This document shows, one piece after another, positions 30,601-39,436 of a DNA stretch of 64,000 nucleotides. The DNA lies in assembly GCA_965203805.1 (NCBI GenBank), contig OZ241917.1, positions 4,096,001 through 4,160,000 of the forward strand, given 5' to 3'. The notes below the pieces were generated by a model that worked only from the letters and a program-made list of their open reading frames with translations, searched no databases and had not been told where the DNA came from. Each line of letters begins with the position of its first letter. The stretch's first letter is position 1. A program made the translations under genes and the position numbers. This stretch comes from Candidatus Latescibacterota bacterium (GTDB lineage Bacteria; Latescibacterota; UBA2968; GCA-2709665).

Positions 30601-33600
30601 CAGCCTGCGGTTCCGCGTCGCCGAACAACAGCGACAGCGGGTCCTCGCGGCCGCGCAGCACCTCAGCGAGGGCCCCGGCGCATCGTCTGATGAGCCCGAT
30701 CTCGTTCGTGCCGTGCGGGTAACGTCCGGCCATGCCGGTCGCGTGCTCATCGGGATCATGCGGCATTTCTTCCGGCAACGCATCTTCGGCCCCGACCGCC
30801 ACCACGAATCCCTCGTCCGCCGCCTCCAGCACGCCCGATCTGGCCAGTATTTCGAGGATCCGGCGGAGCAGCCGGGCGTGTTCCGGCAAGACCTTCAGTT
30901 CCTGCCGCAAGGCCTCGGGGTCCACGTCGGCGCCCGTCCTGCGCTGCCAACCCAGTTCTTCCAGGGCCGAAAGCGCGTAAGCCCACGACAACCGCTCCAG
31001 GTCGGCCTGCAGGGCAGCCTCGTCTTCGACGCCGACACCTTCGGCGGCCAGGTACAGTGAGAATGGTTTCGAGCGGGGCGCGACGTCCGACGGGTACGGC
31101 AGGAAATCGGCGGACGGCATTCCGGGAGCAAGGACTCCGTCACGCCAAACCACTTCGTACAGGAGTTCGTCCAGTCCTTCCACGGCCGAAAGCAGCGCCT
31201 CACGGGTCGCCCGTTTCACCGTATATCCATCCAGCTCGCACAGCAGGGTACCGCTCGGGTCGTAGATTCGGAGGTCTCCGGTAAGGACCTCCGGTGGTTC
31301 GGACTCCGCATCGGGCGACGGGGTCCGAGAGTCTGCCGACATGCGCGCGTGGCAGAGAACACGCTCCGGGAGCGGCCCCGCGAGCCAAAGCCGTTCCCAT
31401 CCGAACGGCAGATACGTGACCCCTTCCCAGGTTCCCGCCTGTTCGCGCGCCGCGGCCATGACCTGGAAACAACCGTCGAGCAGGAGCGGATGGATTTCGA
31501 TTCCGCCGGGGTCGATGCCCGCCGGCAGCGCCACCTCGCCAAGCGCCTCTCCCGCCCCGGACCATACCCCTTCCAGTGTGCGGAACGACGGCCCGTGGTC
31601 GATCCCTACGCCGGCCTTGGCCCGGTAGAGGGCGGCCACATCCTGTGGCGACAGGCCGTTCCTGAGGCCATCCAGGTCAGGCGGCGCCTCCGCGCGCGGA
31701 CCTCCGGCGTCGGCCGACAGCCGGCCCTCCGCGTGCAGCGTCCAGTCCTCTCCGGAATCTCCCCTGCTGAGTATTCGAATTCGTTGCGCATCGCCGGATT
31801 CGTCGATCAGGACCTGCATTCTCCTGCCGGACTCACCTGCCCCGTCGCCGTCGTCCTCGTCCGCGAAGATCAACGGGTTGTGCAGCTGAACATCCTCCAG
31901 CGCGTCCGTTCCGGCGCCCTCCGCGAAGGCAGCCGATACCGCCATGGCCCCGTAGAGCGCGCCAGGCGCCACGAGCCGGTCGAACACCCGGTGGTCCTCC
32001 AGCCATGCCGGGTCCGAGGGAAACACCTCCGTATCGAACGCGACCTCCCCGCTCGCGGATTCGTGCCGGCCTCCAAGCAACGGGTGACCGGCGCCCGGCC
32101 GCCGCCTGGTCGCCTTGACCCAATGGCTCTTGCGCTGGAACGGATAACCCGGCAACGCGATCCGGCGCCGCTCCTCGCCGGCGAACAGGCCGGAAAAGGA
32201 AATCGGAAGCCCCGATTCGTAAGCCCTTGCGGCGGCCACGGTAAAGGCACGGTCGGCCTCTGCCTGCGACACCCTGCTCGAGGGTCGCAGCAGGCTCGAA
32301 AGCGCGATAGGCGGCGGGGCGCTCCCCGCCGCTTCCGGCCAGGCCATGGTCGCCATCGAACCAAGCACCGAATGGGGCCCGACTTCAATGATCAGATCGA
32401 CGCCGAGGCGCGCCAGGGTCTCCATGCTTCGACTGAATGCCACAGGTTCGCGGGAGTGGCGGCGCCAGTATGCGCCGTCCATCCGTTCATCCGATTCCAG
32501 CACCCGGCCTGTAACGTTGCTGACGAGCGTGAGCGAGGGAGACGAGATGTCCAGATTCGCGACCACATTCTCCAACCCGTCCAGCATCGGATCCACCATG
32601 GGACTGTGGAAGGCGTTTCCGGTGGCAAGACGGTTGACCCGGACATCCCGGGCAAGGAAGCGCTCCGATATCTCCGTAACGTCGTTTTCAAGGCCGCTTA
32701 CGACCTGATGCGCGCCATTGTACGCCGCGATGCACAGTCCCATCTCGTCGGACCTTGCATTCAGTTCATCGATAGCCGTCTCGACCTGCGGTACGTCGGC
32801 GAAGATCGCGGCCATGGCGCCGCCTTGCGGCAGCGCAGCCGTGAGTTCGCCCCTTGCCGCGGCAAAATGTACGCCTTCCTCCAGGTCGAACACCCCGGCC
32901 GCCTGCGCGGCGGCGTGTTCACCAAAGCTGTGTCCGAGCACAACGTGAGGGCGAACACCCAGGCTGGACCACAGCGCCGTCAGTGCGCACTCCAGCGAGA
33001 ATATGGCCGCCTGCGTCCACGCCTGGTTGGAAAGATCTCCGGAACGGCCGAACATCACGTCCAGCAGCGAGCCGCCCCGTTCCTTCCTCATCACCGCGTC
33101 GCAGCGGTCGAGTACCGCTCGGAACACGGGCTCCGTCTCGTGCAACTTCTCACCCATACCAACCCAGTGGCTTCCCTGACCCGTGTAAAGGAAGGCAACG
33201 CGGGAAGGCGCCTGCGCGTCGTTCGCCGCGCCGGAATCGGCAAGCGCACGGAGCTCTTCGCGCAGAGACGAAACGTCGCCGAAGACGATGCCTTTCCGAT
33301 GCGCGAAATGGCTCCGGCCCACGCCGGCCGTCCACGCCATATCGGCAAGCATGGACTGTGCCGCGCCCGCGTCTCCGGGTTCGGTTGCGCGCTCGTCCAA
33401 CCAGTCCAGGTACCGCCCCGCCAAGCCCTGAAGCGCCTCATTCGACTTCCCGGAAAGCGGCAAAACGCGCGTTTCTCTATCGGCCGCAGCGTCCGAACCC
33501 CGCGCCTGTACCGCTGCCTCGCCGGCAAGCGTTGCGGCGACCCGCATTCGGGAACCCGACGGCCACTGCCGATGCTCGACGCCGGCCCGCCCTTCCGTCT

Positions 33601-34966
33601 CGGTATTGTAGGCTTCCACCACCAGGTGTGCGTTCGTGCCGGACCAGCCGAAACCGCTTATACCGGCCGTCGGGACTCGCTCCGAATGGCTCGGCCAGGC
33701 TGTCTGTTCCGCCGTCACCCGCAGCGGCATCCTGTCCCAGTCCAACGCCGGATTCGGCTCGCGGAAGTTCAGGTGCCTTGGAATCACGCCGTGATTCATT
33801 GCCAGCGCGACCTTGATCAGCGCCGCAACGCCCGCCGCAGGCTCGAGATGGCCGATGTTCGTCTTCACCGAACCGATCAGGAGTGGCCGGTCCGCCGCGC
33901 GACCGTTGCCGTAGGCGGCAGCGGCTGCCTCCAACTCGATGGGGTCGCCCACCGTCGTCCCGGTCCCGTGCGCTTCCAGATAATCCACTTCCGACGGCGA
34001 AAGCCCCGCATCTGACAACGCCTCCCCGATGACGCGCTCCTGTGAGGCGCCGTTCGGTACGGTCAACCCCGGGCTGGCCCCATCCTGGTTGACCGCCGAA
34101 CCGCGGATCACGCCCCAGATCCGGTCGCCGTCCGCCTCCGCCTCGCGGAGTCGCTTCAGGACTACGATTCCACAGCCTTCACCTCGCACATACCCGTTCG
34201 CGGCGGCGTCGAACGTCTTGCATTGCCCGTCGGGCGCCAACATTCCTGCCTTGCCTCGTAATTCCGACAGCCGCCCCGATACGATCAGGTGAACCCCTCC
34301 GGTGAGCGCGAGGTCCGCCTCGCCCCGTTGCAGGCCCGATACCGCCTGATGGATCGCCACCAGCGATGACGAGCAGGCGGTGTCGAGAGCCATCGCCGGT
34401 CCCTCGAGTCCCAGCGCGAAGGCGACCCGTCCGATGGCTGTGTTGAAGGAAGTGCCGCTGACGGCATAGAGGCTTGCCGCCGGCTCGGTAATCTCCGTCC
34501 CACCCAGGATCAGGCTGCGGTAATCGTGATTGCTGATCCCCGCATAGACGCCGGTCCGGCTGCCTTTCAGCCGATCCGGATCCATCCCCGCATCCTCGAT
34601 CGCCTTCCAGCTCGTTTCCAGCATCAACCGCTGCTGCGGGTCGAGCAGTTGCGCCTCGACCGGCGAAATGCGAAAGAACGCAGCGTCAAACAGATCGATC
34701 CTGTCGAGGTAAGCGCCGAACCGGCAGGCCTCGCTCTGAATATCGGCGTTGGGAAAAAGCTCTCCTATGCGCCCGTCGCCGGACCCCGGGACCCCCTCGC
34801 TGACGGCGTTTCCACCGGCTTCGAGCAATTGCCAGAATGAAGCGATGTCCGGCGCACCGGGAAATCGGCAGGCCATGCCCACGATTGCGATCGGCTGTGC
34901 GCAGCCGGAAGTCGCGCGGTCGTCATTCAGGTTGCCCGAAGATTCAATTTGCCCATCTGCGTCCAT
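24695..34966 (-). CDS. supA: SupA-type type I PKS: KS-AT-DH-MT-ER-KR-ACP-KS-AT(degenerate)
   Basis: KS DTACSSS/EAHGTGT/NIGHLE; AT GHSFG/NAFHS; DH LEDHRVFDRLVAP; MT LEVGAGIG; ER HAAAGGVG; KR TGGLGGIG; ACP GIDSL; KS2 ELNCASS; AT2 GRDIG. Matches the known sponge-symbiont-ubiquitous PKS architecture. Confidence 0.92.
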   Translation of the reverse strand: MDADGQIESSGNLNDDRATSGCAQPIAIVGMACRFPGAPDIASFWQLLEAGGNAVSEGVPGSGDGRIGELFPNADIQSEACRFGAYLDRIDLFDAAFFRISPVEAQLLDPQQRLMLETSWKAIEDAGMDPDRLKGSRTGVYAGISNHDYRSLILGGTEITEPAASLYAVSGTSFNTAIGRVAFALGLEGPAMALDTACSSSLVAIHQAVSGLQRGEADLALTGGVHLIVSGRLSELRGKAGMLAPDGQCKTFDAAANGYVRGEGCGIVVLKRLREAEADGDRIWGVIRGSAVNQDGASPGLTVPNGASQERVIGEALSDAGLSPSEVDYLEAHGTGTTVGDPIELEAAAAAYGNGRAADRPLLIGSVKTNIGHLEPAAGVAALIKVALAMNHGVIPRHLNFREPNPALDWDRMPLRVTAEQTAWPSHSERVPTAGISGFGWSGTNAHLVVEAYNTETEGRAGVEHRQWPSGSRMRVAATLAGEAAVQARGSDAAADRETRVLPLSGKSNEALQGLAGRYLDWLDERATEPGDAGAAQSMLADMAWTAGVGRSHFAHRKGIVFGDVSSLREELRALADSGAANDAQAPSRVAFLYTGQGSHWVGMGEKLHETEPVFRAVLDRCDAVMRKERGGSLLDVMFGRSGDLSNQAWTQAAIFSLECALTALWSSLGVRPHVVLGHSFGEHAAAQAAGVFDLEEGVHFAAARGELTAALPQGGAMAAIFADVPQVETAIDELNARSDEMGLCIAAYNGAHQVVSGLENDVTEISERFLARDVRVNRLATGNAFHSPMVDPMLDGLENVVANLDISSPSLTLVSNVTGRVLESDERMDGAYWRRHSREPVAFSRSMETLARLGVDLIIEVGPHSVLGSMATMAWPEAAGSAPPPIALSSLLRPSSRVSQAEADRAFTVAAARAYESGLPISFSGLFAGEERRRIALPGYPFQRKSHWVKATRRRPGAGHPLLGGRHESASGEVAFDTEVFPSDPAWLEDHRVFDRLVAPGALYGAMAVSAAFAEGAGTDALEDVQLHNPLIFADEDDGDGAGESGRRMQVLIDESGDAQRIRILSRGDSGEDWTLHAEGRLSADAGGPRAEAPPDLDGLRNGLSPQDVAALYRAKAGVGIDHGPSFRTLEGVWSGAGEALGEVALPAGIDPGGIEIHPLLLDGCFQVMAAAREQAGTWEGVTYLPFGWERLWLAGPLPERVLCHARMSADSRTPSPDAESEPPEVLTGDLRIYDPSGTLLCELDGYTVKRATREALLSAVEGLDELLYEVVWRDGVLAPGMPSADFLPYPSDVAPRSKPFSLYLAAEGVGVEDEAALQADLERLSWAYALSALEELGWQRRTGADVDPEALRQELKVLPEHARLLRRILEILARSGVLEAADEGFVVAVGAEDALPEEMPHDPDEHATGMAGRYPHGTNEIGLIRRCAGALAEVLRGREDPLSLLFGDAEPQAADLYRRAPVWRAANQMLGEVVQTLAAGLPEGRRLRVLEVGAGIGSATECVLPGLPAGRFDYTYTDISAGFFADAEARFDQADAPIEYRVLDIEKEPAAQGYGAHAYDLVIAANVLHATQYLDQTLAHCRELLAPSGQLVALENQRGRGWMDLIFGQLDGWWRFADQYRSDHALAGPDVWRRALGDVGFGEVEILGVDESESAGLPDRGVIVAQGPAEVLLPPAAWVLAGDRGGVATALAAQLAARNQTVVLAGAESTETEESAHEANGVVRSTLEMERRESWRSLLEGLPGDVPLGGIVHLAALDGHGAAATTEEMGEDARQAAASALALTQGVIDADMTPAQGVWFVTRGAQILERERAGQLGGATLWGFGRVVAREAAHLNPKMIDLDPDAELPADFTEELLFPDPETQIAYRTGRRRVARLVRTEARLALPEGSDWLLAPAAGGSLQELQVQPLPARSLEPGEVRVTVEARGLNFLDVFRGMGLVGEGLMGEEMCGRIVEVGPGTSTVSAGDRVVGLAFGTFGPEVVTREELVALAPAGIPVASLATMPTVFVTTALSFDIADLKAGERVLIHAAAGGVGLAAVQLAQAAGAEVFATASASKQAYLRSLGVTQIFDSRTTNFGGEILEATDGAGVDVVLNSLTGEGFIDASLACLRKGGRFVELARRDILSEEEMAAVRPDVAYAILELDVLKEQDPARPGAALRNIMERLEAGELKPLIHSRWPLAEAGAAMEYMRDARHIGKIVLTRPSLVDGRLRQDRTYLVTGGLGGIGCALAGWLAERGAGAIVLNGRRAPDPEAEETIAALRERGVTVRVELADVTDAGAVDAMFERIKGELPPLGGVIHSVGVLSDASLANQSRERFEQVLRPKVLGAWHLHRSTADCDLDLFVLFSSVAGILGNPGQANHAAANTFLDQLAAHRRALGLPGQAIAWGAWSGLGEAEEQRERIARRREAAGTGWFSPEQGLRVFDRLLRDDPTTSVVLAADWSVFGEAVEGRASLFEDLLPAAEDASEDASGASEDLLSMLEVTPAAGREELFVSFLQQEVQAVLRLPAAPAPAVGFFDLGIDSLMAVELRNRLNRAFAGHYVAPNTLVFDYPDIASLAGHLVGELGEIESAPTPAPEAQPEPERVPTPPREENGVAIVGMACRFPGASDVMEFWKQLDAGANAVTDGRWNSGTTGNCAEELTGGFNVYRSGGFVDGIDGFDARFFRIAPIEARMMDPQQRMLLETSWQALEDAGIDPGRLRGSRTGVYSGIAASEYRDLMAGGDHDISYLGTSASMTVGRVAFVLGLEGPAIPVELNCASSLVAVHQAVTGLREGEVDLVLVGGVNAVLSPRLTREMAELGMLSPEGRCKAFDGSANGFVRGDGCGMVVLKRLADAEADGDRIWGVVRGSAVNQNGAAAGPTVPNGPAQERLIEAALARAGIAPSDVDYLEAHGAGSAMGDSIELQAAAAVYGREREADRPLLVGSVKTNVGHLETVAGIAGLIKTVLAMKHGMIPRHLHFRDPNPNLDWSQLPVRVTSEATGWPHHPDRPSRAGVSAFGISGSNAHVVVEGYGDPAGGSPDSGLLSAGSAQRVSISLPEPVADLPLPEDGRLQKRQTRFLPLSGKAEEALRELAARYAAWLDEKTYSHADQTELLADMAWTAGVGRSHFDYRAGVAFNDVASLREGVETVALGEGGLVPVTAAKVAFVYAGRDSHQAGMGRSLYETEPVVRMILDRCDEVFRDMRGGPLLEVLFRPAESDDALEDPDRTQPAIYALHCALTELWSSVGIRPNVVLGRDIGELAAARAAGVISLEEGLRIAASRDGEAPLEKSATAPPTVDMISGATGRFVDPGDAREGEYWRRQMNEPARLNRCFETLVETGVNVVIEIGPDAVNGSDSAGARPESVNGGEAPVVLSSLPRPSGDDAGACCDRFIEAVAGAYEAGLAVSFDGLFSGERRRRVSLPGYPFQRRRHWI

Positions 34967-35091
34967 AATGTCCCTCCCGATATGCGTGCTTCAACACACC
35001 TGCCTTACGCGATACGCCCGGACCCGGTCAAAGGGCATCGGGAAAATCCGCCAACTTCAGTATGAGTACCCCCAAGGACGTCAAACGAGAT

Positions 35092-35620
35092 TCAGCTGAC
35101 CGGATTCCGCTCCAGCGTTTCAAGCCATCGATACCCGAAGGCCGGGATTTTGCCTGGAGGCGTCACGCCGCCGGGAAACATGCTGAATCGTTCCACGCGC
35201 AGGCGGTAGCTGTAACCGTGCACCGGCTGGAAATCCACGATTTCGCTTCTGAACGCGGCGCCGTTGACGACGTTACAGGAGATCGAACTGTTCTCGCCGC
35301 ATCTGATCCTGCCGGGGCCAACGGTGATTTCTTCCTCCTGAGTGCCGGCCGCCTCGGTTCTTTCGACGATTTCATCCAGCACATGGCGGCCATCGCGAAA
35401 TTTGTTTACATTTAACGTATTGTAATACCCGGCGTCGTATTCGAAATTGGTGATGATATCGTCGTAAGGCGTGCCGTCAACAAGCAGACAGCCGATAGGC
35501 ATATCTGCCGGCATCCTGCGGCGGCTCCTCTCCGCCCCACGGATCGTATTTCCCAATCCGCAGGCGGCAGGTGTAGCCCGGTTCGCGCTCCAATTGCCGG
35601 AAATCGGAAGTTGACAAGGC
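35092..35620 (-). pseudogene. Frameshifted DUF4377-like repeat protein fragment
   Basis: Similar repeats lie in two frames: EPGYTCRLRIGKY..PPQDAGRYAYRL in one; CLLVDG..ITNFEYDAGY and VHGYSYRLRVER..YRWLETL in the other. No clear start. Confidence 0.6.
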
Positions 35621-36178
35621 CGGTGCTTCCAACATAACTTTAATATCACACCTGTCCAAAATCGGTTTCTGTCTTGGACAGCATCTGGTTCACTTCCGCG
35701 AAGCAGCGCTTCGACCAAGGTAGCGTGAGTTTCAAAAAGTGCCTATTTCACGGGCTTAATGGGACGGGAACAGCACAATTATGGCCACTGGATGAGTCAC
35801 TTTGTTCTTGGACAGCATTGCGAAGACGATCGCAACCTGGTTTTCATTATCCGGGTCAAACCCGTCCAAAATCGCCAATTGAAGCCATATTTCGAACCTT
35901 ATCTCTGAGAATCCGACGGTTCTTGGACAGCAGTGCTTTAATATATAATAAAAATCGACATTTGGACAATGGCCGGTGACCGGGTTTCGGACCGATGGGC
36001 GCCGCCGGCATTCCGGACCGGGACTGATTTCACCCTGCGTGCAGCGAATTTTCGAAGAAGGCAACGGTTGGTGACAACCTGAACGGTCATCAATCCATAT
36101 TGATATGAGGCGCAATCAAGAAGCGACTATATTTCCGATCCGCCATTTCAGGGCCAGACCCTGATCGCTCGAGGGGGA

Positions 36179-39142
36179 ATGACGGTGCGCGTGTTTTTTT
36201 TCTGCTGGTTGGTGCTGGGGTGCGGAACTGTTCTGGCCCAGCCCGACGGTTACGTCGAAGGGACGGTTAAAGGGGAGGCGGGCGAGGCCCTGCCCGGTGC
36301 CAATGTCGTTGTCCAGGGTACGGATCTTCCGGAGAGAGCCGTGGCCGCTGCCGGCGACGAGGCGCGGTTCCGAATTGCCGTTCCACCGGGCAATTACCGG
36401 ATCGAGATTACATTCATCGGTTACAGGGCCGAGATTCGTGAACGTGTCGCCGTGCATTCAGGGCGGTCCACCACGCTCAATGTGATTCTCACGGAGCAGG
36501 TCATACTTCTGGAGCAGAGCGTGGTTTCCGCTTCCCGTCGACGGGAAAAGATCCTGGACGCACCCGCTTCCGTCACGGTGGTCGAGTCCGCCGATATCCG
36601 TAAAAACCCTTCAATGAACGTCGCCGACCACGTGAAAGACCTGCCGTCGGTTGATTTCGCGAAAACCGGACTGGCCAACAGCAGCATCGTGGTGCGCGGC
36701 TTCAACAGCGTATTCACCGGCACGCTTCTTATGATGACGGACAACCGGCTTGCCCGGGTGCCGTCCGTGCGGGTGAACGCCCCGAATTTCATTCCCATTA
36801 CCAGCGACGACGTGGAACGCATCGAGGTGGTCCTGGGGCCGGGATCGGCGCTGTACGGGCCCAACAGCGCCGACGGGGTCATGCACATTATTACCCACTC
36901 TCCCTTTACGTCGCAGGGCACGAGCGCGCATTTCGGATACGGAGAGCGCGATCTGCGCCAGGCTTCGATTCGCCACGCAGGCAAGGTCGGAGACCGGGTG
37001 GGCTACAAGATATCCGCACGGTACTATACAGGGACGGAGTGGGATTACGTCGACCCGGAGGAGGTGCGGGCCAGGGAACGCAGGGACCAGGAAATCGCCG
37101 CGGGTCTGAACCTGCCGCCGCTTCCGACCCGCAATCCCGAAACCAACAATCTCGGTCTGGAAGGGCGCCTGGACTGGCGCCCATCGGACAATTTCACCGC
37201 CATCTTTTCTGCTGGACACAACAAGGCCGACCTGGTGGGGCTGACTGGCGTGGGGGCCTCGCAGACAAGAGACTGGCAGTACAACTACGCCCAGTTGCGC
37301 GTGTTGTACGGCGACTGGTTTATCCAGGCCTTTCGCAACTGGACCGATTCGGGCGGCACCTTTCTTCTGCGCACCGGCGACCCCGTGGTCGACCTGTCCT
37401 CCCTCACGGTATTCCAGGCGCAACATCTGTCGAAACTGGGCAAACGCCAGCGATTCACCTACGGCCTGGACGCATTGTTGACGCGGCCGGATACCGAGGA
37501 AACCGTGATGGGCAGGAACGAGTACGACGACGACCTGAACGAGTTCGGAGTCTACCTGCAGAGTGAAACCTCCCTTTCCAGTATGCTGGATCTCGTGCTT
37601 GCCCTGCGCTACGACTACCACAACCGCCTCTCGGACCCGGAGTTTTCGCCCCGTGCCGCGCTGGTGTTCAAGCCGGAGCCGACCCAGACTTGGCGCCTGA
37701 CCTATAACCGGGCGTTCACCACACCCACGTCGAACAATCTCTACCTCGATCTGCTGGCTACCCGGGACCCCTTCGGGTTCAGCGGTCTTTTCGGGCCGAT
37801 GTTTACGTCGCGCGGCCAGGCATTCGATCCAATCGACCTCTGGACCCAGGGAAACTACCAGGACGACGGTTTCGGCTTCACGTTCCGGAGGGAAGGGGGC
37901 CGGCCCCTGTTCCGCTCTCCGTTCGCCCCGTTGGCAGGGCTTCCCGCCGACCAGTATCTGCGCCTGGACGACCCGGTTTTCACCAACGTGATGTGGGGTA
38001 TCGGCAGGGAGGTGGTGTTGGAGCAGTTGTTGCCGACCGTAAAGGAGATGGCCGTCGGCATCCTGATCGAACAGGGCATGGGCGCCGATGAAGCCCGGGC
38101 CTTCGCGAACGGACTGGCTGAGGCCTTTCCCGGCATCGTTCCCGAGCAACTGACCGGTCTCCGCAATGTCATGGGCCGGCTGAATATCGCAACGCCGCCG
38201 CTTGGAGAAGAGCCGGGCGACAATCTGCAGCCGTTCTTCTTCGTTGAGTCGGACGGCGCCACGCCGGTTACGGCCTACGACGTTCCGCGGATTCAGTCCG
38301 CGATTACCAGGACGATCGAATTCGGCTACAAGGGCGTCCTGGCCGACAAGCTCATCGTGGCCGCGGACCTGTATCAGTCGAGGATCGAGAATTACGTGGG
38401 TTCGGTTTCGGTGGAAACCCCCAACGTTTTTCTAGATCCGGAGCGTCTTGCCGAGGCGCTGACTCGAGGATTCGAAGAGACGCTGTCCGATCCGTCCAAC
38501 GCGGTGCTCGCCGCCGGAATCCAGCTGGTTGACAACGTGCAGGTGCCGGGACTCCTGGAGGGCAACCGGAACGGTACGCCGGTGGACGAACTGACCGCCA
38601 TCTTCGTGGCCGGGGCGGCGGCCATACCATACGGTACGGTGTCGCCGGAGCAGGCGACCGATCCCTATGCGATGGTGCTGACCTACCGCAATTATGAAAA
38701 TATCACCCTGCGCGGGCTGGACCTGAGCATGGCCTACTATCCGACGGCGCAATGGCGGCTGACCGGCAATTATTCATATGTGAGCGAGAATTTCTTCAAG
38801 AACCTTAAGTATACGAATGTCCCGGGGGTTGGCGATGTCACGCTGAATTCGCCCCGGCACAAGTTCAAACTGGGGGCGACGTACGATTTCTCCCGGTGGG
38901 GGCTGGCGGTTGGCGGCGCCTTGCGCTTCACCGATTCCTTCCCCATGCAGTCCGGGGTGTACGTGGGCGACGTGGATGCCTATACGGTTCTCGACCTGAA
39001 GCTAAGCTACCGGTTGCCGGTCGAACGGGATATGGTTTTCCACGTCGACGGGAGCAACGTGCTGAATACCCGCTACCAGTCGTTCATCGGGGCCCCGGAG
39101 GTGGGCCGCCTCGTCTTCAGCCAGGTCAGTATGCGGTTTTGA
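36179..39142 (+). CDS. TonB-dependent receptor with N-terminal carboxypeptidase-regulatory-like domain
   Basis: Signal peptide, GEALPGANVVV, VVSASRR, plug motif VERIEVVLGPGSALYG, beta-barrel repeats, C-terminal Phe. Confidence 0.95.
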   Translation: MTVRVFFFCWLVLGCGTVLAQPDGYVEGTVKGEAGEALPGANVVVQGTDLPERAVAAAGDEARFRIAVPPGNYRIEITFIGYRAEIRERVAVHSGRSTTLNVILTEQVILLEQSVVSASRRREKILDAPASVTVVESADIRKNPSMNVADHVKDLPSVDFAKTGLANSSIVVRGFNSVFTGTLLMMTDNRLARVPSVRVNAPNFIPITSDDVERIEVVLGPGSALYGPNSADGVMHIITHSPFTSQGTSAHFGYGERDLRQASIRHAGKVGDRVGYKISARYYTGTEWDYVDPEEVRARERRDQEIAAGLNLPPLPTRNPETNNLGLEGRLDWRPSDNFTAIFSAGHNKADLVGLTGVGASQTRDWQYNYAQLRVLYGDWFIQAFRNWTDSGGTFLLRTGDPVVDLSSLTVFQAQHLSKLGKRQRFTYGLDALLTRPDTEETVMGRNEYDDDLNEFGVYLQSETSLSSMLDLVLALRYDYHNRLSDPEFSPRAALVFKPEPTQTWRLTYNRAFTTPTSNNLYLDLLATRDPFGFSGLFGPMFTSRGQAFDPIDLWTQGNYQDDGFGFTFRREGGRPLFRSPFAPLAGLPADQYLRLDDPVFTNVMWGIGREVVLEQLLPTVKEMAVGILIEQGMGADEARAFANGLAEAFPGIVPEQLTGLRNVMGRLNIATPPLGEEPGDNLQPFFFVESDGATPVTAYDVPRIQSAITRTIEFGYKGVLADKLIVAADLYQSRIENYVGSVSVETPNVFLDPERLAEALTRGFEETLSDPSNAVLAAGIQLVDNVQVPGLLEGNRNGTPVDELTAIFVAGAAAIPYGTVSPEQATDPYAMVLTYRNYENITLRGLDLSMAYYPTAQWRLTGNYSYVSENFFKNLKYTNVPGVGDVTLNSPRHKFKLGATYDFSRWGLAVGGALRFTDSFPMQSGVYVGDVDAYTVLDLKLSYRLPVERDMVFHVDGSNVLNTRYQSFIGAPEVGRLVFSQVSMRF

Positions 39143-39250
39143 CCATGATTCGTATGGTTTCGAGGACGTTAAATCGAATATATGCGAATTGATAAAGGCG
39201 ATTAAACTGCGGATTACCAGGATACACCAGGTCACCGAACGTGAACGGAA
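39143..39250 (+). repeat. About 108-bp dispersed repeat, copy A
   Basis: Reverse-complement match to 44382-44489 (shared gacgttaaatcg..ttgataaaggcgattaaac..ccaggtcac..acgtgaacggaa). Confidence 0.85.
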
Positions 39251-39381
39251 GTATCATCCTTATGGACGACCTTGATACTCCGTTTGGCACCGGTCCGTTC
39301 TGTGTCTCTTGTGTTTTTTGTGACCAATTTGACTGTTGTCTTTTTTGAATCGAGGTTAATCGCGTGCAATGGAAGGTAAGT

Positions 39382-39415
39382 GAGGGGGTGCGGCGACTGC
39401 CGCACCCCCTCTTTT
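39382..39415 (+). terminator. Rho-independent terminator-like hairpin
   Basis: GAGGGGGTGCGG / CCGCACCCCCTC perfect stem followed by TTTT. Confidence 0.7.
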
Positions 39416-39436
39416 GCGAGGCAGAGGTCTGATAAT

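Noticed and set aside
31349-34015. 888-aa plus-strand ORF and other long ORFs antisense to the PKS
   Set aside because: Shadow frames of a GC-rich gene; Arg/Gly/Ala-rich with no motifs.
36611-38149. 512-aa minus-strand ORF
   Set aside because: Antisense shadow of the TonB-dependent receptor.
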